Source of the DNA: a virus
Virus record (IMG/VR): IMGVR_UViG_3300038312_000193
Strand: one strand, 5' to 3'
DNA length: 64,000 nt
The translations under genes were made by a program, and so were the position numbers. How positions within the stretch are numbered: the first letter of the stretch is position 1; each line of letters opens with the position of its first letter. Below the pieces are notes generated by a model. That model did no database searches, had not been told where the DNA came from, and saw nothing but the letters and a program-made list of their open reading frames with translations. Below are positions 31,833 to 42,874 of the stretch, piece by piece.

Positions 31833-32720
31833 ATGATCAATAATAATGAACCCAATCCAAATCCTTTAATCCAATACACCCAACATTTAATCCAACAAAA
31901 TAAATCCACCAATACAATTAAATCTTATACTAAAGATATAACATCATTTTTTGCTTATTTCAACCAAACTCATAACATACCTCAAACATTAACTCGTTCT
32001 CAAATCATCCAATACAAACAACACCTACTTACTACAAAAAATAATGCTAAATCAATTAATCGTACCTTATCATCTTTAAAATCCTATAATGAATTTCTAG
32101 TTTTCACACATCAACAAAATGAAGTGGTTGTATTATCTATAGACTATATTAAAATTCAAAAACAACTTGTATCTCCTACTAACACTTCTACTAAAGATGC
32201 TATTCGTTTTATGGAGAAGGTAAAAAAGAATGAACCTATAAGAAATTACTATATAGTTGCCTTACTATTAAATACTGGTCTTAGAATATCTGAAGCATTA
32301 AGTATTGAATTGGATGATATTAATTTTAAAAAAGAAAATCTAAGGGTTATCGGCAAAGGATCAAAACAAAGAATTATTCCTTTAAATAAGAAAGCAATTG
32401 AAATTATTAAATTGGTGATTGAAGATAGAAAAAATTATAACTATGCTTTGAATAAATTAAATAGTAAGTATTTATTTCTAAGCAATAAAAGTGAAAAATT
32501 AGAAAGTTGCACTATTGAGAGAATATTCAATAAATATAGTAAGACTATTACACCGCACAAATTGCGTCATTGTTTCAGTTCTAATTACTTAGAAAGTGGA
32601 GGTAGCATTCGGGAACTTCAATATATACTCGGACACTCCAGCTTAAATACAACTTCTATTTACCTTAATCCAAATGAAATAAGTATGCACAGGAATATAA
32701 ATAATAGTTGTATAGGTTAA
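31833..32720 (+). CDS. XerC/D-like tyrosine recombinase
   Basis: TGLRISE, GKGSKQR, PHKLRH and LGHSSLNTTSIY: complete catalytic set. Confidence 0.95.
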   Translation: MINNNEPNPNPLIQYTQHLIQQNKSTNTIKSYTKDITSFFAYFNQTHNIPQTLTRSQIIQYKQHLLTTKNNAKSINRTLSSLKSYNEFLVFTHQQNEVVVLSIDYIKIQKQLVSPTNTSTKDAIRFMEKVKKNEPIRNYYIVALLLNTGLRISEALSIELDDINFKKENLRVIGKGSKQRIIPLNKKAIEIIKLVIEDRKNYNYALNKLNSKYLFLSNKSEKLESCTIERIFNKYSKTITPHKLRHCFSSNYLESGGSIRELQYILGHSSLNTTSIYLNPNEISMHRNINNSCIG

Positions 32721-32756
32721 TAATTTAAAATTGATTAACTTTTGCCACAGGCGTTA

Positions 32757-32855
32757 TCATCATTAATTGTAATTTGCTGGTTCAAACTTCCCGACAAGCG
32801 GGTCGCTTTCACCTAGCAAATTTGCACAATTACTGATGAATCGGCTAAAGCCGAT
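32757..32855 (+). ncRNA. Structured intergenic element
   Basis: Long interrupted stem with an inner CCCG/CGGG hairpin, followed by ATCGGC-TAAA-GCCGAT. Confidence 0.45.
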
Positions 32856-32923
32856 ATTGATATTTTTATTTATGGAACCAATTCTAATATTATATGTCTA
32901 ACTAATTAGAGTATATATTTGTG

Positions 32924-32952
32924 TTGACATTTATTTTATTATTTTGTATAAT
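32924..32952 (+). promoter_or_regulatory. sigma-A promoter
   Basis: Perfect TTGACA-17-TATAAT. Confidence 0.8.
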
Positions 32953-33117
32953 ATGATTAGAATATAAAAAAGAAGGAGTAAAATATCTATAAATCCCTAT
33001 TTTATTGAATTATTAAAATAAAAATATAAATGTGTAGCAAAATTTCCATATAATATATATAGAGTGAAAACTTTGCTACACATAACTTAATTTTGCAATT
33101 TATATGAAAGGAATTTT

Positions 33118-34269
33118 ATGAAAATAAAAACAGGTGAAATTAATAATAAACATTTGGTAGAACTTTTTGGAACAGAAAAACAAAAGGAAATTTTCTTTAA
33201 AGATAAAAAATTAAATAGTGGTATTAAAAAACGGTTATTAGAGAAAGCAAAAAGATATTGTGAAATAGAGGATTTAACTCAAGGTAAATATTTAATACAT
33301 AAAATTTATACCATAAAAAATGAAAATTGTTTAATACCTTTATATAAAGGTCTATCTAAATACTTAACCCCTTTGATATTAATTAAACTTTTAGAAGAAC
33401 AAGATGAAAATTATAAAATTACACTTCCCTTTCTAGGATGGGCAAAGAATTTTGAAATGATAAATGATAATTATCCTTTATTAAAATATCATCAAAAAGC
33501 AGGTAGTGAATATTTAAAAATTAATGAAAACATTATGTTTGAATATTTTGAAAAAATGGATGAATGTATTAAATATTATTTAGATAAAATTTTAACAATT
33601 CTTGGAAATAAAAGTGGATTAGATTTAATAGAATTTGATTCAATAACTATGGTTAGAAAATTATATTTAAATCAAGCACTAGACACAAATAAAATTGATA
33701 TTAAAGGCAATTGGTTCGATGAAATTATTTCAGATGAGGATCGTAAATTTGTAATTGATTGTGAAAATAAAGCAAAAGATAAAGCGAAGATTATTAATAA
33801 TCAGGAAAAATTCTATGGTACAAAATCTCATATTTATAAAAATGAATTAAAGAAATTACTTAGTAAAAGAAATATTATATTTACATATTCTGCCTATAAT
33901 ATTTTTTGTAAAAATAAAGGTGAAATAAAAAATATTATAGAACAATTTACTTCTATACTTAGTTGTAATACAAATGATTTAGTACAAACCTTTAATGAAA
34001 CATTTATAGATTATATAGAAAATAAGGCGGTTAATAGACAGAATAGAGAGCAAAATAAATTTAATGATGACAATAATGAAAATATAATTAAAAGATATAG
34101 ATTGGCAGAATCTTATGTGTCTAATTTTAAGGCATTATCTGAATTAACAGTTAAACGAGATGCCAAAGATTTAAAATGTGAATTAAATTTGAATAATCTT
34201 GAAGATATATTAAGTGAATATTCTACTTATAATTTATATATCAATATAGACAAATTAAAGAAAATATAG
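33118..34269 (+). CDS. Putative DNA-binding/replication protein, paralog B
   Basis: Alignable to 29750-30793; preceded by the inverted repeat TGTGTAGCAAA...TTTGCTACACA. Confidence 0.65.
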   Translation: MKIKTGEINNKHLVELFGTEKQKEIFFKDKKLNSGIKKRLLEKAKRYCEIEDLTQGKYLIHKIYTIKNENCLIPLYKGLSKYLTPLILIKLLEEQDENYKITLPFLGWAKNFEMINDNYPLLKYHQKAGSEYLKINENIMFEYFEKMDECIKYYLDKILTILGNKSGLDLIEFDSITMVRKLYLNQALDTNKIDIKGNWFDEIISDEDRKFVIDCENKAKDKAKIINNQEKFYGTKSHIYKNELKKLLSKRNIIFTYSAYNIFCKNKGEIKNIIEQFTSILSCNTNDLVQTFNETFIDYIENKAVNRQNREQNKFNDDNNENIIKRYRLAESYVSNFKALSELTVKRDAKDLKCELNLNNLEDILSEYSTYNLYINIDKLKKI

Positions 34270-34287
34270 AAAGGATTAATAATACAT

Positions 34288-36066
34288 ATGAAAAAAGCAC
34301 TTAACCAATACAATAAACTCATAGATATTATGGAATCAACAAAAAAAGATACATATACCTGCCCCGTATGTAAAGAAATATTGACTAGAAACTTTGGAGA
34401 GAAGTCACAATATTATAGTCATCCTAAAGGGAAAGGGCAAGATTGTGAATTAAAATTAAAACTAATTATTAAAGAAGATAATTTAAACGAACTCTCCCAG
34501 AATCAAATAGACATACTTAAAACAGAGTATTATGAAAAAGCATTTAATGATGTACATATTGAATTATCAGATTATAAATCGGAAGAAGGATATTATTTAA
34601 CCCAAGAACAAAAAAATATTATTTTTTCTAAAGAAAATAAGATAAAAATATCTGCCCTTGCAGGTTCAGCGAAATCCTCAACACTTTATTATTATGCAAA
34701 AGAAAGACATTATAAAAAAATTCTTTATTTAGTATATAATCGTGCAATGAAAGATGAGGCAGATCAATCCTTCGGTAAATTATCAAATGTCACTATTAAA
34801 ACCACTCATGGATTAGCATTTGGATATGTAGGTAATTTATATAAGAGGAAACTTACTAATAGTTATAAACCAGTTGATATAATTAAAGATTTAAAATTAA
34901 ATTGGAATACCGATATGGAATTAGCAAATAAAATACATTATATGATGAATCAATATATGTTATCTAATGTTAAAGAATTTGAAGAATTAGATTTATATAA
35001 AGATGAATCTGGTAATTCTACAGAAGAGAGAGAATTAATAATTAATAAATGTAAACAATTATGGGAATTAAAAAAAGAATACAATAATAATGTAAAAGTT
35101 GAACATGATTTTTATTTAAAACTATTTCATTTGGGACAAAAAGATTTATCTCATAAATATGATATTGTAATGATTGATGAAGCGCAGGATAGTAACCTTA
35201 TAGTTTTAGATATAATTAAAAATTCAAGAATTAATGGTGTAGCAGTTGTCGGCGATCCCCTACAACAGATTTACAGTTGGCGTAATGCAACTAATATAAT
35301 GCCTTTGTTTGAAGGTAAAGAATATACTCTAACTACTTCGTTTAGGGTAAGTCAAAATATTGCTAATATAGCAAATATAATTGTTCAAGATATTAACAAT
35401 AAAGAAATTAATATGAAAGGATTTAATAGTAATCAAAAAATAGTAAGTGAAATTAATAAGAATGAACCATATGTTTGTTTATGTAGAACTAATGCTTATA
35501 TTTTTGCTGAAGTATTTGAAACATTAAATAAAAATAAAAATGCAAAATTATTTTTTGAAGGTGGTTATTTCGGTTATGCATTTCAAAATATTAAAGATGC
35601 ATGGTTTTTTTCTTTAGGTTATCAAGTAAAAAATCCAATGTTTAATAAATTTAAAGATTATTATTCTATGATTGAATATGCTAAAAATATAGAAGACCTA
35701 GAATTAATAGCATTAGATAAAATGATTAATAAATATGGACATAAAATACCTCAAATTGTAGATGGTATTAAAAATAATACTGTGACAAAGAAAGAAAATG
35801 CCGATGTAATATTTAGTACGATCCATCGGTCTAAAGGCCAAACTTATACAATCCCAGTTTATATTAGTGATGATTGCATAGATTTATCAAATATCTTTAA
35901 AAAAGCATATATAGATAAGGAAAATATTAATCTTAATAATTATTATGAAGAACTTTGCATTTTATACGTTGCTATTACTCGTGCTGCCGGTGAAATTCAA
36001 TTAAATGATAATTTAAAAAAATATTTAGTATTAAAATGGAAATATTTTAATAATCAGAATAATTAA
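34288..36066 (+). CDS. SF1 UvrD/REP-type helicase with N-terminal Zn finger
   Basis: ALAGSAKS, IDEAQD, VGDPLQQIY, TIHRSKG and YVAITRA. Confidence 0.9.
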   Translation: MKKALNQYNKLIDIMESTKKDTYTCPVCKEILTRNFGEKSQYYSHPKGKGQDCELKLKLIIKEDNLNELSQNQIDILKTEYYEKAFNDVHIELSDYKSEEGYYLTQEQKNIIFSKENKIKISALAGSAKSSTLYYYAKERHYKKILYLVYNRAMKDEADQSFGKLSNVTIKTTHGLAFGYVGNLYKRKLTNSYKPVDIIKDLKLNWNTDMELANKIHYMMNQYMLSNVKEFEELDLYKDESGNSTEERELIINKCKQLWELKKEYNNNVKVEHDFYLKLFHLGQKDLSHKYDIVMIDEAQDSNLIVLDIIKNSRINGVAVVGDPLQQIYSWRNATNIMPLFEGKEYTLTTSFRVSQNIANIANIIVQDINNKEINMKGFNSNQKIVSEINKNEPYVCLCRTNAYIFAEVFETLNKNKNAKLFFEGGYFGYAFQNIKDAWFFSLGYQVKNPMFNKFKDYYSMIEYAKNIEDLELIALDKMINKYGHKIPQIVDGIKNNTVTKKENADVIFSTIHRSKGQTYTIPVYISDDCIDLSNIFKKAYIDKENINLNNYYEELCILYVAITRAAGEIQLNDNLKKYLVLKWKYFNNQNN

Positions 36067-36344
36067 AACTATAATATAAATATATTGCTTTTTCCCATAC
36101 TATTTGCTATAATATAATTAATAAAACGACCAACTAACTAATACCAAAAAAGAAAGGAGGAATATCCATGCTATCGTACTTTGACAAAAATAATATAATC
36201 AAAATAAACAAACGTACTTTCCTGGTTATAGACGGGAAACTAACAAGAGCAGGTAAAGAGTTTTTGAAGATGTTTAAATATATAAAATAAATATATTTGT
36301 AGTTTTATTAAATATTATTATATAAGGAAGAAGGAATTATATAT

Positions 36345-38230
36345 ATGTCATTAGAAAAATCCGAGCGTTATTTACTTATAGGTATTGATGAAGATTCTGA
36401 ATGGGCACAAGTTACTTCGTTTATTAGAAAATATACTACTTTCCTTGATAAGCGTTGTGAACAGTATCCAGAATCTTATAAAAAAGAATCAGATCAATTT
36501 GATGAAGATGAAATTGTGGGTAGAGAATATATTGTAAAGAAAAGATTATTACCTCCTACATTATTTAAAGCACCAAGCAAGAAGAAGTTAACTGAAGAAC
36601 AGAAGCAAGCGGCCTCTGAACGAATGAGGAAGATGCAAAAAGCAAGACAAAAGAAAGTTAAAGATAAAGGTTAAACACTAATACATATTTTACAATAAAA
36701 TTTGCTTCTAAAAACGCTTTAATATTCTCTAAGGTAGTTTCCCTCTACCTTACTCCTAATCGTTCAATCTTGAAGCAAATTATAGATTAAATACATATAA
36801 AATTGCCCTATTATTTTTAGGGGTTGACCCTATATTTTAAAACTATAAAATCAAGTTAGAAAGAAGGATAAAAAAATATATATATGATAACCAAAGAAAC
36901 TTTTACAAAATATATAAATAGAATTCAAGAATTTCAAGAAGCAGAAGATAAAATAAATTTAGCGGGTGAAATATTAGAATTTTCAATTTCATTTGCGGAA
37001 CATGAACAATTAATTGTAAATATTTTAGAAGATGTGTTTGATGATCGTGAATCTAATTGGATTTCATATTTCATTTATGATTTGTCATTTGGGAATGATT
37101 GGCATGAGGGATGTATTAGAGAAAAAGATGGTACAGATATTTCATTGAGAAATGCTGGAGAGTTGTATGATTTATTAATGAGTGAATTTAAGGAGGATTA
37201 TTAATATGAATTTATCTGGTAGATTATTTATAGATGAAGATAATGATAAAGGTGAATTTGAATTAGAAACTGAAACTGGTGTGGTTAATATTTCGCAATT
37301 ATTGGATGGGGTTTATAGTTCTAGGTTAAAACCGCAGGTTTATATTAGGATTGAGAAGAATGGAAGTTTGCTTATGGAAGAAGATGGAGGAATTTTCTTA
37401 AATATTGATGAGCAGAAAGTTGAATCATATTTTGTGTGCGGAATTAATTTAAGTAAGTTATTATGGGACAACACTGATGAATATTTACAAATTACTATTA
37501 GAAAAGAGAGGAAGACGAAGGATTTATATGGTAAAAGTTAATAAAAATGATGTAAAAACGAATAAAAATGATAGAAATAATATTATAAATACATATATAT
37601 ATCATAATGTTAAGGCGAAATTATTTAAGTATTGCATTAAGTGTGGCAAAGACTTCCCTACCCCATCACAAGATCAATTTTGCTGTTGGGAATGCAGAAA
37701 AGAATATTATCAAGAATTGAGAGCAGATATGGATGATGTAATTAATGAGGTATGGGGTCGAGATTAATTAATAATGAAAGGATAAAATATTTATGAGTGA
37801 TAAAAATTTTTTAATAACTAAATATAATTTAGATGAAATTGAAACAATTATGGAAGAAAAATTAAATAATTTTATAATTGATACTTTTGGTAAAGATGTT
37901 GTGGATAATATTAAGACTAAAGCTGAATATGTAGAATATATGGACGAAGATATGAAATGTTTTAAAGATGAATTAAGATGTGAACTTTGGTTAGAAATTA
38001 CATTCCCACAATATAGTTATTTAATTAAAGAACATGGTATACACAATGAAAGTGTTGGTATGATTTTAGAATTTAAAGGTTCTCAACCTTTTTATATTGA
38101 TGGTAGATTTGAAAGTAGAAATGTTTTTGAATGGATTCAAGGTATGCCGATACAGAAGTGTGAAAAGATTTATGGAATTAATAAAGATGAATTGTATGAT
38201 AGGTTTAATGAATATATATTAGATTGTTAG
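36345..38230 (+). CDS. five hypothetical genes (36345-36674, 36884-37204, 37206-37541, 37528-37767, 37793-38230)
   Basis: Co-directional ORFs; the fourth has CxxC..CxxxC. Promoter TTGCTT-17-TATAAT at 36085-36113. Confidence 0.6.
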
Positions 38231-40044
38231 GGAGGAAATTAATATTGAATTTTGAAAATATACAAATGGCAGTAGTTAGAAAGAAAAATGATGGTAATAA
38301 AATTAATATTAGTCAAATTAATGATACAAATAGAAATGATGATTATGAATGTATTGTATGTGGATCAGAAGTTATTCCTGTTGTTCCTAATGGTAAAACT
38401 ATAACTGGAGAAAATGCAAAGGTAACTCCTCATTTTAAACATTTAAATGCAGAAAATTGTGGACAAGAATCTTTCGTTCATTTTTGGACTAAAACAGAAT
38501 TAATAAAAATAGGTGATAAATTTAAAGTTATTACGGATAAAGAAAATGAATACATAGCTAATCAAATATTTTTTGAGAAAACCATAGATATAGATGGCAA
38601 AAAATATATACCAGATGCTACTATACATACTTCTTGCGGTAATATTATTCATTTTGAATTTAATCATAGTAATAATAAAAGAATTAGAGATTATATTGAT
38701 AAATGGAAAAAGTTAAATCAGATTATAGTTGAAGTTAATATAAATTCAATGATGTGTGTTTTTGAGGATTCCATTCCAACCTTTAAAGCACTTTATTATG
38801 AAGGAAAATGTTTTAATCTTAATGATGAAGATAAATTGTATTATGATACAATTGGAGAATATAAATTAACTAAATCTGATAAAGAAACTCTTAAAATAAG
38901 AGAAAAAGAAATAAAGAATTTAGATTGGCTTTGGGACGAAATTAGAAAAATCAAATATGAAAATAAAGATTATGAAGGTATTGGTAATCTTATACGTTCA
39001 ATATCTACGGAAGAAGGAAGACAAATTGCAATTAATATATTATCAAGAGTAAAATGTGGAGGAAGTATTCTTTATAACTATGTTATGTTTTTGAAAGATA
39101 AGGTTGATAGACGTTTAAAACATTTAAACCTTAAATATAATGGATATTTAATAAAATATGAAACAGAAATTCCTAGATTAATTTATGATAGAGTTTTTAA
39201 AGGAATAACTATTAAATTTTATGTTTTAGATGATGACATACCTGAAATTTATCACACTTATAAGTATGATTTTAAAGAAGAAATATTAAGTAATAAATTA
39301 AAGGAAAGAATTGATTATGAAATTAAAAAATTGTCTAACAATCATGATTTATTATTGCACATTTTAGATATTTTAAAACTAAATAATAAAATAGTAGATT
39401 CTAAACTACATTATAAAGATAATACAGATTATGTTGATGCAATATATTTTACTGATTATAGGAATAATAATTACTTAATTTATAAAGATTATTATTCATT
39501 AGATGATATTAATAGTATTTTTATAGCTGAAAATATAAAATTAATAAGATTGGGTTATTTATCATCGTTAAATATTTTTATTGTAGAAACACAGGACTCT
39601 TATGAATTTAAAAATCGAATTACTGTGAAATATAAATACAACCAAATATTTAAACAAAATAATATTAATTTAACTTATTTAAATATAGATAAATCATATA
39701 AATTTTTACCTAGATATGATTTTGTTAAAAAAGTAAAAGAACTATTAGAAATACAAATTAATATTACTGATTTTATAAATAATTATATTACTGATGAACA
39801 TTATTCGAAAATATATAATGAATCCGTAATTGAAATATCGAATTCAGAAATTGATAAAAAGATTGAACAATTATTATATCCAATGATATATATTTCAAAT
39901 CAATGTAATACTGAAACATTAAATATTAGATTAAATAAAGATTTTACAAAGGGTTCGGAAGGATTTACTCAAGGTTGGTTAATAAAAGATTTTATTGCGG
40001 TACTTTATGGATTAGATATTAAAAACATAAATAATATAGAATAG
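38224..40044 (+). CDS. CoiA-like Zn-finger plus PD-(D/E)XK nuclease-family protein
   Basis: YECIVCG...PHFKH...C, ES.VH..TK and IPDA....IHFE. Confidence 0.6.
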   Translation: MLGRKLILNFENIQMAVVRKKNDGNKINISQINDTNRNDDYECIVCGSEVIPVVPNGKTITGENAKVTPHFKHLNAENCGQESFVHFWTKTELIKIGDKFKVITDKENEYIANQIFFEKTIDIDGKKYIPDATIHTSCGNIIHFEFNHSNNKRIRDYIDKWKKLNQIIVEVNINSMMCVFEDSIPTFKALYYEGKCFNLNDEDKLYYDTIGEYKLTKSDKETLKIREKEIKNLDWLWDEIRKIKYENKDYEGIGNLIRSISTEEGRQIAINILSRVKCGGSILYNYVMFLKDKVDRRLKHLNLKYNGYLIKYETEIPRLIYDRVFKGITIKFYVLDDDIPEIYHTYKYDFKEEILSNKLKERIDYEIKKLSNNHDLLLHILDILKLNNKIVDSKLHYKDNTDYVDAIYFTDYRNNNYLIYKDYYSLDDINSIFIAENIKLIRLGYLSSLNIFIVETQDSYEFKNRITVKYKYNQIFKQNNINLTYLNIDKSYKFLPRYDFVKKVKELLEIQINITDFINNYITDEHYSKIYNESVIEISNSEIDKKIEQLLYPMIYISNQCNTETLNIRLNKDFTKGSEGFTQGWLIKDFIAVLYGLDIKNINNIE

Positions 40045-40060
40045 GAAGGTGTAGTATTTA

Positions 40061-42874
40061 TTGCATAATAGACAGTTTTATACATATAAATTTAAATCTT
40101 CTAGGTTAAAAGAATTTAATTATAATATTAATATAAATTTTGATATAGCAAAAGAATTAAAAGAAATAGTAGCTTTGGCTGATAATCAAATCCTTAGAAG
40201 TATTCGTGATATTAGAAAACATACTATAAAATATGATCATATTGAAAAACTTTATCAAGAAAGAGATATTAGAAAAAAGAAATATCATTCTATTGAAAAT
40301 TCACAAAGAATTAATCAAATACAGAATAGAATAAATAGAACGATGTTTATTCCAGATTACATAACTGTAGTAATGGAACATCGTTCTCATTACAAAAAAA
40401 TATTTAAACAAGGAATAATTATAAACAATAAACGGTATTTTAGATTAAGCTGTTCGTCTGGACAAGCCAGAGTTTCAACAGTAGTCTTATGTTGTGAAGA
40501 AATAATTGATGAATTAAAAAAGAGATTAAACAATGATAGAGATTTAACTAAGTCTTTTGCACCGAGTAAGTTTAATGCTTATTTTGGTCTATCAGGGTCA
40601 TCAACATATTTAGTAAGTGAACCTAAATTTATTGTAGTAAAAGATTTTATTAATATTGATAAATTTAAAGCAAATTATGTTATAGAAAAAGATTGGGATA
40701 TTGATGATGAAATAAAAACACGTGAAATTGAAATGGAAATGAATAGAACTGATGGTATGGGGTTGATAAGTCCAACTCAAGCAGAAAAATGGGCAAAAGA
40801 ATTAGGGTTAGATTATATCCCCTCTCAGTTTTGTGTACGTCAGAGTTTCGTGAAAGGGATGCTCTGCACTTTCCCCATACATCAATTTTGTGAAGAAATT
40901 AATAATGGTAATTATATAGTAGATACTATATATAAAGATTCTGAGGATAATTATATTAAAGCTGATTTAAGAGATTATGATGTAATTATCACAGAATCAC
41001 AATTCAAATTATGGGATAGTTATTCGGATATTGATACTTATATTAATAATTGTCATAAGAATAAATTATATTGGGGGGTGGCACAGTATACTCCTAAAGA
41101 AGCAAAACATATTTTAAAACTTAATTACCAATTTATTCAAACTTTAAATTTAAAACAAGAAAGCATAGAAAAATTAGCACAGCAATTTGTAGATTGGATA
41201 TGTGGCGTTTCTTATGATGATATCTATTATACGTTACTGTTTTTACTTGGAGTAAATAATAGTGAATATAGTATTAAGAAATACTTACAAAATAGTGATA
41301 ATTATTGGATTAAAAGTTTATTAATTAATCCAGAATTAAAGAATGATAAATATATTCGTACAAAAATTCGAGAATTATTAAAGATTAGAATTCAAAATGG
41401 ATGTATGGGTGATATTTTTGTAGATGGTAACTTTCAGGTTTTAGTATATGATCCCTTTGGATTTATGCAACATGTTTGTGGATTAGAGGTTACAGGGTTA
41501 CTTCAAAAAGGAGAGTTTTATTCTAATTATTGGAATGAACGTGGTGTAAAAATAATTAATGGTATGCGTTCCCCTTTAACTTATCGTAGCGAACATGTAA
41601 TTATGAATTTAAAACAAGATGATTTAACTGAAAAATGGTATAGATATTGTAAATTAGGTATTATTTTAAATTATCATGGTCATGAAGTTGTAAATTTTGG
41701 AGGAGCAGATGTTGATTTTGATATTTTAGCTACAACATCTAATCAGGAGATTATTAACGGAGTATTCAAAAATGAACTGCCAGTTGTTTATGATCCACCC
41801 ACTCCTGAAAAATTAGTATTTACAGATGAAGATTTATATAGAGCAGATACATTCTCTTTTGGTTCTATAATTGGGTCAATAACTAATAAAAGTAGTAATG
41901 GATATGCTTTATTATCTAATATAGAAAAACAATATGGTATAGATAGTAGAGAATATAAAATGACATTATCTCGATTAAAACAATGTTGTAAAGCACAGTC
42001 AGCTCAGATTGATAAAGCTAAAATTGGCAGAGAAGTAAAAGGTATTCCTAAGTTGTGGGTATATAAGCAAAAAATTAACATGGATGAAAATGGTAACATA
42101 TTAGATTCTGATGAAGAAATAAAGGAAAAATTATTTTATAATAGTATTTTGCTTAATAAATATCCTTACTTTTTTAAGTATTTATATAAAAATGCAAGAA
42201 AGAAATATAATAAATATTGCGAAGTAAATGAAATTACATGTCATCAAAAGTTTAAAATGTCATTTAAAAAACTTAAAGAGTTAGATAGATTATCATTTGA
42301 GCAAAAAGAGTTTATTGAAAATTATTACAAGTATATGCCTTTAACTTATAGTGATAGTCCGATGAATTTATTGTGCAGATATATCGAGGGTATTAATTTT
42401 GAGATTAATCAAAAAATAAAATCTTTAGATAATAATGACATAATTAATTTTTATAAAAGTAAAGATCATCAATATACTGTTGAGCAGTATGAAGAAATTG
42501 TAAAAATATTAAATCAACATATAAATAAAGTTAAATACAATAAAATTTTATTTGACCAAGATATTGCTGATTATAATTTTGATGAAAACTCTATACAAGA
42601 ATTTAAAACAGATAATGATATATTAGAACAAGATATAAATAATGTTTGTAGTGATGTTTATTTAGTTACTAATGTTTTATTGGATTATTTTTATAAGGAT
42701 AAACCAAGTGCAAATAAAGATGTTTTATGGAGTACATATGGTAAATATATTTATAATAATGTAAAAGGAAATATAGTGGATACTCCCCTATTCCCTTTCC
42801 CTGATAATAAGGGAGAAATAAATTATCTAGGGTTAAATTATTCTTTAAAGGAGTTAAATATTGATGAATTATAA
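40061..42874 (+). CDS. yonO: YonO-like single-subunit double-barrel RNA polymerase
   Basis: TDGMG, KGML, MRSP, GGADVDFD (DxDxD), IGSITN and QIDKAK; lies just upstream of the late genes, as in SPbeta. Confidence 0.85.
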   Translation: MHNRQFYTYKFKSSRLKEFNYNININFDIAKELKEIVALADNQILRSIRDIRKHTIKYDHIEKLYQERDIRKKKYHSIENSQRINQIQNRINRTMFIPDYITVVMEHRSHYKKIFKQGIIINNKRYFRLSCSSGQARVSTVVLCCEEIIDELKKRLNNDRDLTKSFAPSKFNAYFGLSGSSTYLVSEPKFIVVKDFINIDKFKANYVIEKDWDIDDEIKTREIEMEMNRTDGMGLISPTQAEKWAKELGLDYIPSQFCVRQSFVKGMLCTFPIHQFCEEINNGNYIVDTIYKDSEDNYIKADLRDYDVIITESQFKLWDSYSDIDTYINNCHKNKLYWGVAQYTPKEAKHILKLNYQFIQTLNLKQESIEKLAQQFVDWICGVSYDDIYYTLLFLLGVNNSEYSIKKYLQNSDNYWIKSLLINPELKNDKYIRTKIRELLKIRIQNGCMGDIFVDGNFQVLVYDPFGFMQHVCGLEVTGLLQKGEFYSNYWNERGVKIINGMRSPLTYRSEHVIMNLKQDDLTEKWYRYCKLGIILNYHGHEVVNFGGADVDFDILATTSNQEIINGVFKNELPVVYDPPTPEKLVFTDEDLYRADTFSFGSIIGSITNKSSNGYALLSNIEKQYGIDSREYKMTLSRLKQCCKAQSAQIDKAKIGREVKGIPKLWVYKQKINMDENGNILDSDEEIKEKLFYNSILLNKYPYFFKYLYKNARKKYNKYCEVNEITCHQKFKMSFKKLKELDRLSFEQKEFIENYYKYMPLTYSDSPMNLLCRYIEGINFEINQKIKSLDNNDIINFYKSKDHQYTVEQYEEIVKILNQHINKVKYNKILFDQDIADYNFDENSIQEFKTDNDILEQDINNVCSDVYLVTNVLLDYFYKDKPSANKDVLWSTYGKYIYNNVKGNIVDTPLFPFPDNKGEINYLGLNYSLKELNIDEL

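Noticed and set aside
32833-32860. Hammerhead ribozyme (CTGATGA)
   Set aside because: No GAAA after stem II, and the CTGATGA is paired in a longer stem.
34660-34690. Inactive helicase because Walker A reads AGSAKS
   Set aside because: The catalytic Lys-Ser and all other SF1 motifs are intact; probably a tolerated variant.
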